Origin: Trueperaceae bacterium
Lineage (GTDB): Bacteria; Deinococcota; Deinococci; Deinococcales; Trueperaceae
Direction of reading: 5' to 3'
Assembly: GCA_965215565.1 (NCBI GenBank)
Contig: CBDCDZ010000004.1
Location: forward strand, 1-64,000
Length of the DNA: 64,000 bases
The notes beneath the pieces were generated by a model that saw only the letters and a program-made list of their open reading frames with translations, ran no database searches and was not told the origin of the DNA. A program made the translations under genes and the position numbers. This document shows, in pieces, positions 29,638-41,083 of the stretch; positions within the stretch are counted from its first letter, which is position 1, and each line of letters starts with the position of its first letter.

Positions 29638-31343
29638 TCGTAGACGAGTTAATCCTCGAGGACGCCACGTCAGTCCGGCGCTGCACCCAGCGTTTCTGCA
29701 CCTCTCCGAGTCCTCTCTGATACCCTTTGCGGTGGAACGCTAAGTAACCGTCTGGTCTAACCAGAAGCGCACTACCGTCTCTCGCCCCAAGCTTGTCTCT
29801 AAACAGGCGCGTGTAATCGGCGAGTATCGGTACGTCTCCCGCTTTAGGCGTGCCTTGCCCAAGGATGCCGAACACTCTAACGGCTTCCTCCGCTTCGGCT
29901 TGCACCTTGCGTCCTATCTCCGCGAGATACCCCGTGAGATCATCGCCCGCTCTCTCCGTACCGATAAAGATGAAGAGCGTGTAGCCAGGTCTCAAGAGGT
30001 CGAAAAGCCGTACGCGGTTCTCTTCGTCAGCACCAGCCCAGCCATGCGGCGCAGCGAGGGCGAGGTCCGGCACGCGGTCGCCCGCTCGGAGCGCACCGGG
30101 ATGGGGAATATCGCGTAAGTCCTGCTTGAGTTCGCCGCGCGCTCTGGCAGCGTCCTTGTAGCTGATGCCGATGCCCGAAAGCCCTCTGGAGAGCCCTTCC
30201 TGGACAGGCTTGAGCGGCACGAAGGTGCGCACTAAAAGCTCTCGAGCTTCTCGCAGTATATTGTTACGGATGATGAGGCTCCGCAAAATTTTGTCGCTCG
30301 TCTCTACGGCGCGTTTGCCAATAGGGTGACGTTCTTGCTCGTAGGTATCCAGGAGTGACGCGGGAGCCTGCCCGTTCACGACATAGGCAAGCTTCCAGCC
30401 CAGATTAAAGGCGTCTTGAATCCCTGTGTTCATCCCCTGCCCGCCCGCTGGACTATGCACGTGCGCGGCGTCACCTGCTAGAAAGACGTTGCCTTGACGG
30501 TAGCGGGTGACTTGATAGGTGCTCGAGCCCCACCTCGAGAGCCAGCGGGGTTCTAAGAGTGTGGGCTGCGTCGGGATGAGCGCGTTCACTGATTCCTGCA
30601 TCGTCTCTTGCGCCAAGGGCTCCTTTGCCGACTCGTCTTGATACTTCCAATCTGCTGTAACAAAGCGGAAGTAGTCGTCCTTGAAGGGCACGATAAAGGC
30701 GAGCCCGCGCTCCGAGGAGTACTGCGAGATGCCGCCTTTGGGAAGTCCACCACTGACCTTCGCCTCACCCGTAAAGAAGACGTAGTCGTACGGCTCGCCC
30801 TCAAAAGGGATGTCGGCGGCGCGGCGCACGGTGCTGTGCGCCCCGTCGGTGCCGACGAGGTAATGTGCCGAGACCGTTTCTTCCTGAGCGTTGGGATGCT
30901 CGAGCCTCGCTACCACCCCGTCGCCTCGCTCTTCATAGCCCAAAAATTCCGTGCCCCTCTCGAACTGAATACGCCAAGTTCTGCTAAGTGCTCCTCTAAA
31001 AGCCGCTCGCGTCTCCGTTTTGAGGAATAACCAAGATAAAGGGGAAGCGGCTATCCAGGCGGTGCATCTCGGCGCGGATGGGCTTCTCGGAGTCGGAGCC
31101 CAAGTCGATACCGGGAGCTTCGTAGCCCTCTTTAACGAAACGCTCCGCGACGCCCATGAGGTCGAGCGTTTCTAAGGTGCGGGCGTGCATGACAAGCGCG
31201 TTGGAGTGTTGCGCCCTCGGTTTTTTGTCCACGATACGGAAGTTCACGCCGCGCCGGGCAAGTTCGATTGCCGTTGTAAGTCCAGTGGGTCCTGCGCCGA
31301 CAATGAGAACGTCAGGGTAGTCCAGCTTCTTCTGATTTTTCAT
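29630..31343 (-). pseudogene. FAD-dependent monooxygenase (PheA/TfdB-like) with several small indels at about 30970-31020
   Basis: GAGPTG in 30996-31343; GTDGAHS and GDAAHVHSPAGGQGMNTGIQDA in 29630-30943; linker ERLLEEHL lies in a different frame. Confidence 0.85.
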
Positions 31344-31357
31344 CGTTCCTCTCCTTG

Positions 31358-31422
31358 TAAACTAAAAAACTTGCATTGGTTTTATAGTTTATAGAGTAGA
31401 CGATGATCTACTACGTTGTCAA
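31358..31422 (-). promoter_or_regulatory. Sigma70-type promoter with overlapping palindromic operator (probable TetR site)
   Basis: Minus TTGACA (31417-31422), 18 nt, TACTCT (31393-31398); inverted repeat taaactaaaaaac-N8-gttttatagttta (31358-31391, 12/13 match). Confidence 0.6.
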
Positions 31423-31479
31423 ATGGAAAGGGTTATAATACGCTTTTCTAAGCTTTGTCTCTCCAAAGAAGCGATGGTG

Positions 31480-32850
31480 TAGGGGAAATGCACTACCTTC
31501 TGCTATAAGGTAAGCGATGGTCACGAACATCCTAGAAGCGTTTGCAGAGCTGCCCGATCCAAGAAGAGAGCACCCTGTCAAGCTGCATAAGCTCATCGAC
31601 ATTGTGGTTATAGCCGTGTGCGCGGTAATTGCTAAAGCTGAGACGTGGGAAGAGATAGCGGATTATGGCGAACTCAAAGAGGACTTCTTGCGGCAGTTTT
31701 TAGAGTTACCCTACGGTGTTCCTTCACACGACACCTTCAACCGTGTTTTTTCTCGGCTCGACCCAGCGGCTTGGCAGACGTGCTTCACGAACTGGATGCG
31801 CTCGGTAAGTCAACTTAGCAAAGAGAAACTCATCAGCATTGACGGTAAGGTGCTACGTGGGGAACTAGGTCCAACGGGCCGCTAGCGGGAGCGGTCCACG
31901 CGACGCTTTGCCCGTTCTATAGCAATTAACATAAGTACTGATTGGAATAGCGCAAGTATCATTCTCAAATGTGCGTGCTGCACGGTGTTCTACATCGTGA
32001 GAGCGTCGCAAACCAAATGATACTTGCTATATTTCTAAATCTAAGGGAGAAGGTAAGGGCGAAGAGAAACGAGCCGCCCTCTCACTCCTGAGTGCTTGGG
32101 CACTCAAGAACGAACTGGTTTTAGCGCAGTTAGCCCTTGAAGAACACGCCAACGAACTTAGCCTCATTCCTGAGCTATTGGGCTTACTCGGTCTAGAAGG
32201 AGCAAGCGTTAGCATCGACGCAGCAGGCTGCCATAAAGAGGTTGCTACGCAGATTGTAGAGCAAGGCGGCAACTACGTACTCTCGCTCAAGGCGAATCAG
32301 GGCGTGCTTTTTGACGAAGTCAACTGGCTTTTCGAGTATCAGTTAGCTGAAGCTGTTGAAATGGACAAAAGCGAGACCTTTGACGTCGCTCACGAACGTC
32401 AAAAAACGCGTACCTGTTGGTTGATGAACGACCTGAGCTACTTCGAACAAGCAGCTTACAACTTGAACGGCTGGAAGCAGCTCAGCGCTGTCATCGTCGT
32501 TGAGAACCAGGTACTTCGGCAGGGCAAGCCCTCTACCAAGCGGCCTTTCTTCCTCACCCCACACAGCTTTAGCGCTGAAAAGGCGCTTACTAGAGTCAGA
32601 GCGCACTGGTCGATTGAAAACCAGCAGCACTACCCGCTTGACGTTCTCTTCCGTGAAGATGCTTCGCGTACCCGAAAGGGCTTTGCCGCTCAGAACTTAG
32701 CTGCGCTTAGACGTCTCGCACTCAACCTACTCAACCTCGACACCCAAACGCCCCGCTCTAAAAGACGCAAGCGCTTCAAGGCACTTCTCGGTGACCGTTA
32801 TCTCCTTGAACTACTCGGGCTCACTGAGGTTGCCTAATGCGTTTGCCCTA
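31480..32850 (+). mobile_element. ISAs1-family IS, transposase interrupted by a 172-bp nested insertion
   Basis: LPDPR, PSHDTF, IDGK, IDAAGCH, LKANQ, HWSIEN, LDV.FRED; ends taggggaaatgcacta / taatgcgtttgcccta; 9-bp target duplication GCGATGGTG (31471-31479, 32851-32859). Confidence 0.93.
31918..32031 (+). repeat. TATAGCA...TGCTATA MITE family, copy 3 (inside ISAs1)
   Basis: tatagcaa...ttgctata ends; close reverse-complement match to 50018-50132. Confidence 0.85.
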
Positions 32851-33018
32851 GCGATGGTGAGCATATCCAACTCAGCACCGAAAGGAACGGGTGTGCTGGA
32901 GTGTTGTGCAACAGACGCGCGCATTTCACGCAGAAGATTAAGAAAAGTGGCGAGCCTTCGGAGCTGTAGGCATGTTGAGCGCGTTGCTGCCTTGCCAGAA
33001 GGGTGTAATACTCGGCGT

Positions 33019-34332
33019 ATGCTCACGGATGAGATCACTTTCGCCCCCGCCGCCACCCTCGCTAGGGCGATAAGGCTCAAGGACCTCTCCTCCGTAGAGG
33101 TGGTCGAGGTCTACCTCAAGCGAATCGAGGTGGTGAATCCTAGCCTCAACGCCGTCGTGCAGCTCGCCGCGGAAGCCGCCCTGAGCAACGCGCGGCTGGC
33201 CGACGAAGCCCTCGCGCGAGGAGATACGACCGGCCCTTTGCACGGCGTCCCTTTTACCGTTAAAGACTGGCTCGAGACGAAGGGAGTGGTATGCACCGCG
33301 GGCGAAGAGAGGCACCGAAGGTACGTTCCGAAGCATGACGCCACCGCCGTGGCGCGGCTGCGCGAGGCCGGCGGCATCTTCCTCGGCAAGACCAACATTA
33401 CCGTCAACAACCCCGTCTACGGTCGCACCAATAACCCCTACAATCTGGCGTACACGCCAGCGGGCAGCAGCAGCGGCGAGGCGGCTATCATCGCGGCGGG
33501 CGGCTCACCTCTGGGGTTGGGCAGCGACTCGGGCGGGAGCATCCGCCAGCCCGCTCACAACTGCGGCGTCGCGGGGTTCAAGCCGAGCACGGGCAGGGTC
33601 CCCCTCACAGGGCATCTGCCGCGCATCAACCCCATGAGCGACCCCCGCACGACGATTGGACCGGTGGCGCGCTACGTAGAAGACCTGGCGCTCGCGCTGC
33701 CCGTCATCAGCGGCGTGGACTGGCAGGACGCCAGCGTCGTTCCCGTGCCGCTTGGCCACTGGCAGGACGTCGGGGTAGAGCGCCTGCGCGTGGCCTTCTA
33801 CACGAGACACGCGCACGCCGAGCCGACCCCGGAGACGGACGAGGTGGTGAGAAGGGCGGCGCGAGCCCTCGCCCGGTTAGGGCTCGAGATCGAGGAGGCG
33901 CGGCCCGAGCGGGTCGAGGAAGCGTACGCGATCACCCGCGCCTATTGGCAGCGGCCCGAGTCGGAATCGTGGGACGCGTGGGTACCCGACGGTGAGGCGA
34001 AGCTGAGTGGCGAGGAGGTCGAGCGGCACCTGTTCGAGTGGGACCGGTTCCGGCGCAGCCTCGTCCGCTTCATGGCGCACTACGACGTCATCTTGACGCC
34101 TGTCGCCGAAAAACCTGCCGTGCCCCACGGCGAGCCGGAAGGCGGCATCCCTTACACGCTGCCCTACAGCCTCACGGGCTACCCTTGCGCGGTGGTGCGC
34201 GGCGGCAGCTCGCCCGAGGGGCTGCCGATCGGGGTGCAGGTCGTGGCGAAGCCGTGGCGGGATGACGTGGCGCTCGCGGTCGCGCACCGTCTCGAGCAGG
34301 CTCTGGGGGGATACCGAAAGCCTGCGATCTAG
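33019..34332 (+). CDS. Amidase-signature family enzyme
   Basis: GPLHGVPFTVKD, AGSSSGEAA, GSDSGGSIRQP. Confidence 0.92.
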   Translation: MLTDEITFAPAATLARAIRLKDLSSVEVVEVYLKRIEVVNPSLNAVVQLAAEAALSNARLADEALARGDTTGPLHGVPFTVKDWLETKGVVCTAGEERHRRYVPKHDATAVARLREAGGIFLGKTNITVNNPVYGRTNNPYNLAYTPAGSSSGEAAIIAAGGSPLGLGSDSGGSIRQPAHNCGVAGFKPSTGRVPLTGHLPRINPMSDPRTTIGPVARYVEDLALALPVISGVDWQDASVVPVPLGHWQDVGVERLRVAFYTRHAHAEPTPETDEVVRRAARALARLGLEIEEARPERVEEAYAITRAYWQRPESESWDAWVPDGEAKLSGEEVERHLFEWDRFRRSLVRFMAHYDVILTPVAEKPAVPHGEPEGGIPYTLPYSLTGYPCAVVRGGSSPEGLPIGVQVVAKPWRDDVALAVAHRLEQALGGYRKPAI

Positions 34333-34499
34333 AGGCGCGCTTGTTACGCCTACGCCCTGGGCTATCGGTCTTGTCATCACTTTACTTACCCGAGTATGAG
34401 GTCGATTGCGTGCCTGAATAGGTCGTCGCTGCTGAAGTGCTGTGCGACGAACGCGCGCAACTCACGCAGAAAGCCTCGCCAGGCTCGCATCTCTTGCCT

Positions 34500-34952
34500 C
34501 TAACGTTTGCGTCCCTTGTCACGAGCGCTTGAGCTTAACCCAGCTCGCCTCGCGGAAGCACTGAATAGATTCCCAAAAGTGCGCGCGTCAAGCTCTGAAT
34601 TTTGCCGGTGCCTCAAACCGTTTGCACACGCCACCTCAACACGCCTAAGCAGCTCGAGGAACGTCGCCGCTGCCAAGACGAGGCGACGCACGTCGTCGTC
34701 ACGCCGCGCTTCATCCCGGTAGCGGAACTGCGAGGTCCAGGCTCGGGCGAGGGCTTGCGCGTCGTTCGCTTCGAGCGCCGCTGCGCCTCGCCCGGTCAAG
34801 AAATTGAGGTCGAAGTGTGCCTCGACCCAGGGGCGGTGACTGCTCTCAAAGGCTGCCAGGGCGTTTTTCAACGCACGCCGGCGGCAACGGCAACGCTCGA
34901 TGTCATTTAGGTAACCTGTGAAGCTACGTGTGAGGTTTTCTACGAGTTTCAT
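34500..34952 (-). CDS. Hypothetical protein
   Basis: 150-aa ORF with a strong aaggagg RBS, divergent from the ArsR gene. Confidence 0.5.
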   Translation of the reverse strand: MKLVENLTRSFTGYLNDIERCRCRRRALKNALAAFESSHRPWVEAHFDLNFLTGRGAAALEANDAQALARAWTSQFRYRDEARRDDDVRRLVLAAATFLELLRRVEVACANGLRHRQNSELDARTFGNLFSASARRAGLSSSARDKGRKR

Positions 34953-35048
34953 CTTGTGCCTCCTTAAAAGAGGCTACAGTGAGGAGCTAGGCGGTCGTTT
35001 CCACCGCCATCGAAGCGTCTAATGACGTTTCCGCCCTAGAATGAGAAC

Positions 35049-35729
35049 ATGGAGCAAACACCAGACATAGCCTCAGCCGCGGCGCTCATAGGTGACCCAG
35101 CGCGCGCTCGGATGCTGCTGTCCTTGATGGGTGGCCGGGTTCGCCCCGCTTCGGAGTTGGCGCGCCTCGCCCACGTCTCCCCTCAGACAGCTAGTTCTCA
35201 CCTCGCCAAACTGCAACGAGGGGGCCTGCTGGCAGTTGAGCGTCATGGACGCTACCGCTACTACCGTCTCGCCGGACCCGACGTAGCTAACGTGGTCGAA
35301 TCTTTACAGAACCTAACTACCGTCCCCCCTGACGACCAGAAGGGTAGCTCTGACGAACCTCTACTCTTTGCCCGCACTTGTTATGACCATCTTGCTGGCA
35401 AGGTGGCTGTCGCTCTTGCCGACGCCTTGCTGGTGGGTGGTCTCCTCGAGCTAGGGACGGGCCGCTACTACGTCACATCTACCGGGGAGCGGGCTTTTAC
35501 CGAACTTGACGTTGACTTATGTGCGCTCAACCAGCAGCGGCGTCCTCTGGCTAGGCCGTGTCTGGATTGGACGGAGCGGCGCTATCATGTGGCGGGCGCG
35601 CTCGGGGCGGCGCTAAGCGCGCGGCTCCTGCAACGCAAGTGGCTGGTGCGGCTGGAGGGGACCCGTGCGGTTCACCTGACACCGGGCGGTCTCGCAGGCT
35701 TAAAAGAGGTGTTTGGCGTCAGGCTCTAA
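35049..35729 (+). CDS. ArsR/SmtB-family winged-helix regulator
   Basis: IGDPARARML, SPQTASSHL, ARTCYDHLAG, CLDWTERRYH. Confidence 0.9.
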   Translation: MEQTPDIASAAALIGDPARARMLLSLMGGRVRPASELARLAHVSPQTASSHLAKLQRGGLLAVERHGRYRYYRLAGPDVANVVESLQNLTTVPPDDQKGSSDEPLLFARTCYDHLAGKVAVALADALLVGGLLELGTGRYYVTSTGERAFTELDVDLCALNQQRRPLARPCLDWTERRYHVAGALGAALSARLLQRKWLVRLEGTRAVHLTPGGLAGLKEVFGVRL

Positions 35730-35837
35730 CTGCAAGGTGGACGCCGTACTTATCCCTCATTTGCAGCCTTGATCTCGAGAACTTCGACTCGGCAATGCTA
35801 CGCGTGAGTTGCGCGCATCTCTCGCACAACCTTTGAG

Positions 35838-37184
35838 TGGCGTTGGCCTATCACCTTGGACAAAGTTAGTAGAACGTAGACTTTGACAAGGAGATGAATG
35901 ATGGCAGAAGGAAAAAGAGTAGTCAGACAGTATCCGGTAGAGTTTAAGATCGACGCGGTGGAACTTGTTGAGAAAAAGGGCTATCCAGTCGAGCTGGACG
36001 AACGGCGGTATCACCGAGGCGGCGAGAAGTCTGGGCATTTCCGAGTCGAACATCCACAAGTGGCGTAAGCAGTACCGGGGAGGGCGCTTAGTGATGGGGC
36101 ATAAACGGGCACAGCCCACGGCTGATGAAGCCGAGTTGCGGCGTCTACGCTCGGAGGTGAAGCCCTAAAGGATTTCCTTCGGTCACGGCTCGAGACGGAG
36201 TTGGCGATTGTAAAAAAGGCTGCCATCTACTTTGCGAAACACACGACCTAAATTGCGCTTTCGTCGAAGCGCACCAGGGCGAGTTCTCCGTCTCCATGCT
36301 GTGCGAGGTCTTGGGCGTGACTAGGAGCAGCTACTACCACTGGCGGGCTCGTCAGCACCGAGAGCCAAGCGAGCGCGAGCGAAAGAACGCCGAGCTGTTG
36401 GCGAAGATCAAGGCGGTGTTCGAGAAGAACAAGGGACGCTATGGCAGCCCCCGTGTCCACGCCGAATTGAAGAAACAACACGTTGCCTGTTCCCTGGGAT
36501 GAGTCAAAAGGCTGATGCGGCGTGAAGGGCTCTACGCTGTGAGTCACAAGAAACACCGTTCCAAACATGAGCGCTGCGAGCTTGAGACCCAGAACCTTTT
36601 GCTAGAACAGCCGCGTCCGAGCGCTATCAATCAGGTCTGGCACGTGGATATCACGTATATTCCTACTGCTGAGGGCTGGCTTTACTTGGCGGGCGTCATG
36701 GACGGTTTCTCGAAGCGCATCGTCGGTTATGCGATGGCAGACAACATGAAAACTGACCTCGTGCTGCAAGCCCTGCGCTCAGCCACGACCCGGCGCAAAC
36801 CTCCGCCCGGTCTGATCCATCATAGCGATAGGGGTTCTCAATACACCTCCTATGCCTACCAGCGCGAACTCGAAACGCACAAGATGCTGCCAAGCTTTAC
36901 AGGTAAGGGGGCGTGCTTCGACAACGCTGCGATCGAGAGCTTCTGGTCTACGCTCAAACGCGAACTTGTCTATCCCATTGAGCGCTTTGCTACGCGCGAT
37001 GACGCCCGAGTTGCCGTGTTCGAATATATCGAGGTCTATATACAACCGTGAGCGGCTGCACAGCTCGCTCGGCTACGAGACGCCGGATACTTTCGAACTA
37101 TCTCAACAGAAAAAAGAGAATCAGGAGGTGAGCCTAGCCGCGTAGCTGTATACTTCGAGTGTCCAAGGTTCTAAGCCAAGCCCA
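35838..37184 (+). mobile_element. IS3-family element, inactivated
   Basis: 25-bp imperfect TG...CA TIRs (35838-35862, 37160-37184); orfA YPVEFKIDAV; orfB YGSPRV, WHVDITY, HHSDRGSQY, DNAAIESF; internal stop at about 36500, frameshift at about 37040, two micro-insertions in orfA; no target duplication seen. Confidence 0.92.
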
Positions 37185-37514
37185 GTTCAGACCAAGCAGC
37201 GAGCGGACCGGCTCTGGCAGCACCTCATTCCGCGCCTGACACTGCAACCTCAGCCGGGCTGATCACTCGTCAGCCGAAACGGTAGCGTAACGTTTCAGCG
37301 TCACGCTAAACTATGCGAGCGAAATTCGGTGGAAGCGTGTTTTATTGTGCGGGTCGTGCGGAGCGGTGAAGGGTTAGAGATTACCTTTCAAAATGTCCGT
37401 CCGTACCAGACAGATTTCGGAGCTTACCTCTTGGGAAGAGTTGCAGAGACTTATAGAAGCTATCTGCAATGAGATTTCTAATAAATAGATGAATAGCCTC
37501 TATTCAACGCACTC

Positions 37515-37550
37515 AAAAAAAGCGCGTGCCGCAGCCTGGGCACGCGCTTT
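37515..37550. terminator. Strong hairpin with A tract (terminator-like, mainly minus strand)
   Basis: aaagcgcgtgcc-N8-ggcacgcgcttt preceded by a run of A. Confidence 0.6.
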
Positions 37551-37872
37551 CTAGTGAATTCATGACGAAGCGGCTTGCTAAGCGTAACGGTAGCAGAACG
37601 GCGCTTTGAGACAATGTGGGTTGGAGGTTAGAACTCATGAGGCGCTCAGCGCGAGGCCGCGCTGTAACGCTCTATGACGCCTCAACCCGTCCACTACTGC
37701 TATCTCAGCAAGTCGCTACAGGAGGTGATTTAGAAAGGCTAAGTGCGATACCTCGTTATGAGGTGTCTTTTCATAAAACACCTTTGTAAAGAAGGTGACG
37801 TTTCGCTCGAGCGTCCCCTAAAACGCTCGCGCACCCTGTACAACATACAGGGCAAAGTATATAGGAGTTTCG

Positions 37873-40128
37873 ATGAAACAACGTATGAAGTTTTCCACAA
37901 AAGCCTTGACCCTCGGCTTGGGTCTGCTCGCGCTGCTGATTTTGGCGGCGTGCAGTCAAGAGTCCGAAGAGGACATGACCGTTCGCGTGATGGCGGTTCC
38001 GGCTACAGTCACCGACGTGACCCTAGAGGTCACCGACAGCAACGGCGTAACCAACACCTACCCTGCGGTGAAAAACGCCGAAGGCGTCGCCGAAGTGACC
38101 GTCCCGAGCGTGCCTCTAGGCTCAGCGACGCTCGTCGCTAAGGGCTCGAACGCGGACGGCGTGGTGCTCTATAAGGGCACGCAAGACATCAGCGTCATCG
38201 CGGATATGCCTGTGGTGTCTTTGCTTATGTCGCGTCTGAGCAGCACGCTAAACGCCACCGCGCTCAGCAGCGAAGCGATGGACGCCGCTGAGATCGTCAC
38301 TGCGACGGTGGGCGGAGCGATGCAGCGCCTCATTATGGACAACAAGAATAGCGCGTCGGGCACGCTCGTCGGCGTTGCGACGGGCAGCAACCTCACGGTC
38401 TCGGCGCAGAGCAAACTTGCGGACGGCACCGTGGTGCGTACGGGTTCGACAAGCGGCGTCACTGTGGGCGAAGCGGGTGGCAGCACGACGGTCGTGCTCA
38501 ACGCTGTTCCTGCTGACACCCAACCCCCTGAAGTCTCCGCGATCAACTTGCCCGCAGATGCCCCTAAAGTCGGTGTGCCTTTTACCGTCATTGTTGATGC
38601 CACCGATCCTGATGGCGACCTCGACACGATCACTTTAGACTGGGGCGACGGTAGCGACCCGGCGAGCGCAGACGCGAGCAGCGGTAGCGCCAGCTTTACG
38701 TATACCTACAGCGCACCAGGGACCGTCACAATTTCGGCCACGGCGTTTGACGAAGAGAGCAGCAACAGCTTGGCTGAGAGCGTTACCGTCACCGTCGAGA
38801 GTGCCGATTCTATTGGTGATGATGACAGCGACGTGCCCGTCGAAATCGACGTGGGCGACGAGTTGGGCCAAGTTGACCTCACCGTTACAAACGTGCCAGC
38901 GGACACGGACCGCGTCCAAGCAGCCATTAGCTCTGACGCGCTTACAGGGACCTTTACCGCCGAACTCACGCCTACAGCGGCAGGCTGGTTTGGCAAGCTC
39001 GAGCTGCCGCGAAACGCCCAGTATAGTGTCGTCATCACGACCAATCCAGGCGAAAGTGACACGGACAGCACCACGGCGAGCTTCACCCTTGGCGGCGACG
39101 CGACCACCGACGTCACGCTCGACTTCGGCGCTTCTGACGGTGGGGCGGGCGGCGGTGGCGACGACAACAACGCTCCCACCGTGAGCGCAGGCGGTAACGC
39201 GGCTATCACGTTGCCGACCAACACCTACACCCTAAATGGCAGTGCGAGCGACGACGGCTTACCGGCGGGCAGCACGCTGACGACGACCTGGAGCGGTCCT
39301 GCAAGCGTCACCTTCAACGATGCGAGCAGCCTAAGCGCGACCGCGACCTTCTCGGGCGCAGGCACCTACACCCTCACCTTGAGCGCCACTGACGGCGCGG
39401 AAACCTCCAACGACAGCGTCGTCATTACTGTCAACCCCGAAACGGTCAGCAACCAAGCGCCCTCGGTGGACGCAGGCGATAACGATACGATTACGCTGCC
39501 AGGTACGGCTACGCTCGACGGCGACGTGAGCGATGACGACGGCGACGACGTGACGGCCCTCTGGAGCCAGCAGAGCGGCCCTGGTACCGTCAGCTTCGGT
39601 GACGCTGCCGCCGTAGACACCACCGCGAGCTTCTCGGCGGCGGGGACGTATGTGCTCGAGCTGAGCGCCGACGACGGCACCTCGAGTGTAAGCGACACGG
39701 TTCAGATCGCCGTCAACCCTGAGCCTGCCAGCGCCACGCTCGCTATCGCGCCGGTTAGCGATACGTGTGACGGCGTCGCCCTCGGTGACGACTGCGAGAT
39801 CACCATTGCGCTGCAGAACTACGAGGGCATCTTCATCGGCTTCCAGTTCGACTTCGACTTCGCGAATGGCACGTATGAGGTCGTCTCGAGCGACTCCAAA
39901 GCGAGCGGTATCGCCGCGACCTTCGGCACCTCTTCGGCAAGCTCGACCGCCGTACTCGCAACGGACTTCCCAACTACCGAGATTACAGGTAGCGGCGAGA
40001 TTTACACGCTCGCTGTCACGAAAGTGGCCGCTGGTTCCGATACCTTCACGACCAGTGAGGTGCTGCTGAGCGGTGCTGGGAACACACCTGTTCCGAACGT
40101 AGCAGGCGGTTCGCTGGATCTAGACTAA
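37873..40128 (+). CDS. Acidic surface lipoprotein with PKD/Ig-like domains and a C-terminal cohesin-like domain
   Basis: Lipobox LAAC; LDWGDG PKD motif; two APxVxAG...W...GP.V.F...GTY.L.L.A.DG repeats; C-terminal IGFQFDFDF...ITGSGEIYTL. Confidence 0.75.
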   Translation: MKQRMKFSTKALTLGLGLLALLILAACSQESEEDMTVRVMAVPATVTDVTLEVTDSNGVTNTYPAVKNAEGVAEVTVPSVPLGSATLVAKGSNADGVVLYKGTQDISVIADMPVVSLLMSRLSSTLNATALSSEAMDAAEIVTATVGGAMQRLIMDNKNSASGTLVGVATGSNLTVSAQSKLADGTVVRTGSTSGVTVGEAGGSTTVVLNAVPADTQPPEVSAINLPADAPKVGVPFTVIVDATDPDGDLDTITLDWGDGSDPASADASSGSASFTYTYSAPGTVTISATAFDEESSNSLAESVTVTVESADSIGDDDSDVPVEIDVGDELGQVDLTVTNVPADTDRVQAAISSDALTGTFTAELTPTAAGWFGKLELPRNAQYSVVITTNPGESDTDSTTASFTLGGDATTDVTLDFGASDGGAGGGGDDNNAPTVSAGGNAAITLPTNTYTLNGSASDDGLPAGSTLTTTWSGPASVTFNDASSLSATATFSGAGTYTLTLSATDGAETSNDSVVITVNPETVSNQAPSVDAGDNDTITLPGTATLDGDVSDDDGDDVTALWSQQSGPGTVSFGDAAAVDTTASFSAAGTYVLELSADDGTSSVSDTVQIAVNPEPASATLAIAPVSDTCDGVALGDDCEITIALQNYEGIFIGFQFDFDFANGTYEVVSSDSKASGIAATFGTSSASSTAVLATDFPTTEITGSGEIYTLAVTKVAAGSDTFTTSEVLLSGAGNTPVPNVAGGSLDLD

Positions 40129-40134
40129 CGCGTT

Positions 40135-40158
40135 TGAGAGGGAGCACGCTCCCTCTCA
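40135..40158. other. Intergenic perfect hairpin without U tract (possible mRNA processing or stability element)
   Basis: tgagagggagc-ac-gctccctctca. Confidence 0.5.
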
Positions 40159-40194
40159 CGCTATGCAAAAAACCAAACCGAACAACTCACCCAT

Positions 40195-41083
40195 AAAGGA
40201 AGGCCATGAACCGACACCTACTATTTATCCTAAGTATGAGCCTGCTCGTCTTGCTGGCTGCGTGTGGCCGGGGCGGACCAAGGGGCGACTACCTCGCGGT
40301 AGCGTTCGAGGTGCCCGCAAATACCGTCGCTTTAGAAGCCGACATCAGCTATGACCCCGAGCAGCTCGAACTCCTAGGCGCAGCTTCGGCGCACAAGGGC
40401 GTGCTGGCTGCCGCAGGCACCGATAGAGGCCAGCTCAAGCTCAACGCCGTGGCGACTGACCTCACACCTAAAGGCCGTGACTTCGCCTTGGTCTCCTTCA
40501 AGATCAAGCAACCTGGCGCTAAACCCGAAGTCAAACTCCTACGCGCTTACAACGCTCAAAAAGAAGAACTAGACACGCCGCGCTCAAGTATGAGACGCAC
40601 CGAGCGCGACTTAGCAGCGGACTACGACCCCGAAGCGCAAGCGCAGCGCACGCTCAACCCCCAAGCCGATAGCAGCGACCTCGACTTGCAAGCGAGCTTT
40701 GCAGATTACCCGCTGGGCGACCTCGACCAGAGCAGCGCGGTCAACGTCTTTGACGTGATCGACGTGATCGCGGTGTCGCTTGGTAGCGCGAGCAGCGCCA
40801 CCGACTACCAACTCTACGTAGGGGACTTAACGGCGAACGGCGCTGTTGACCTCTTCGACGTGATCAGCGTGGTGGAGAAGTCGGTGAACGTGAACGCACC
40901 GGCGAGCCTGGTGGTGCGTCCTGATGTCTTAGAACTAGCGACAGGCGAGAGCGGGCTGATTCTAGTTGGCAACGCGGGCAACTTGCCTCTAAACGCGACG
41001 CTCAGCAGCAGCACGGACGCGGCTATCAGCAAGCTGAATAACGAAGTAGCTGGGCAGACTGCCGCCTATGAGGTGGTGGCGGG
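40195..41083 (+). repeat. 889-bp direct repeat, copy 1 (RBS plus first ~292 codons)
   Basis: No difference from 46134-47022 seen by eye; the translated segments are identical. Confidence 0.92.

Noticed and set aside
32791..33018. N-terminal extension of the amidase
   Set aside because: It overlaps the ISAs1 end and a repeat; the amidase-like sequence starts at ATG 33019.
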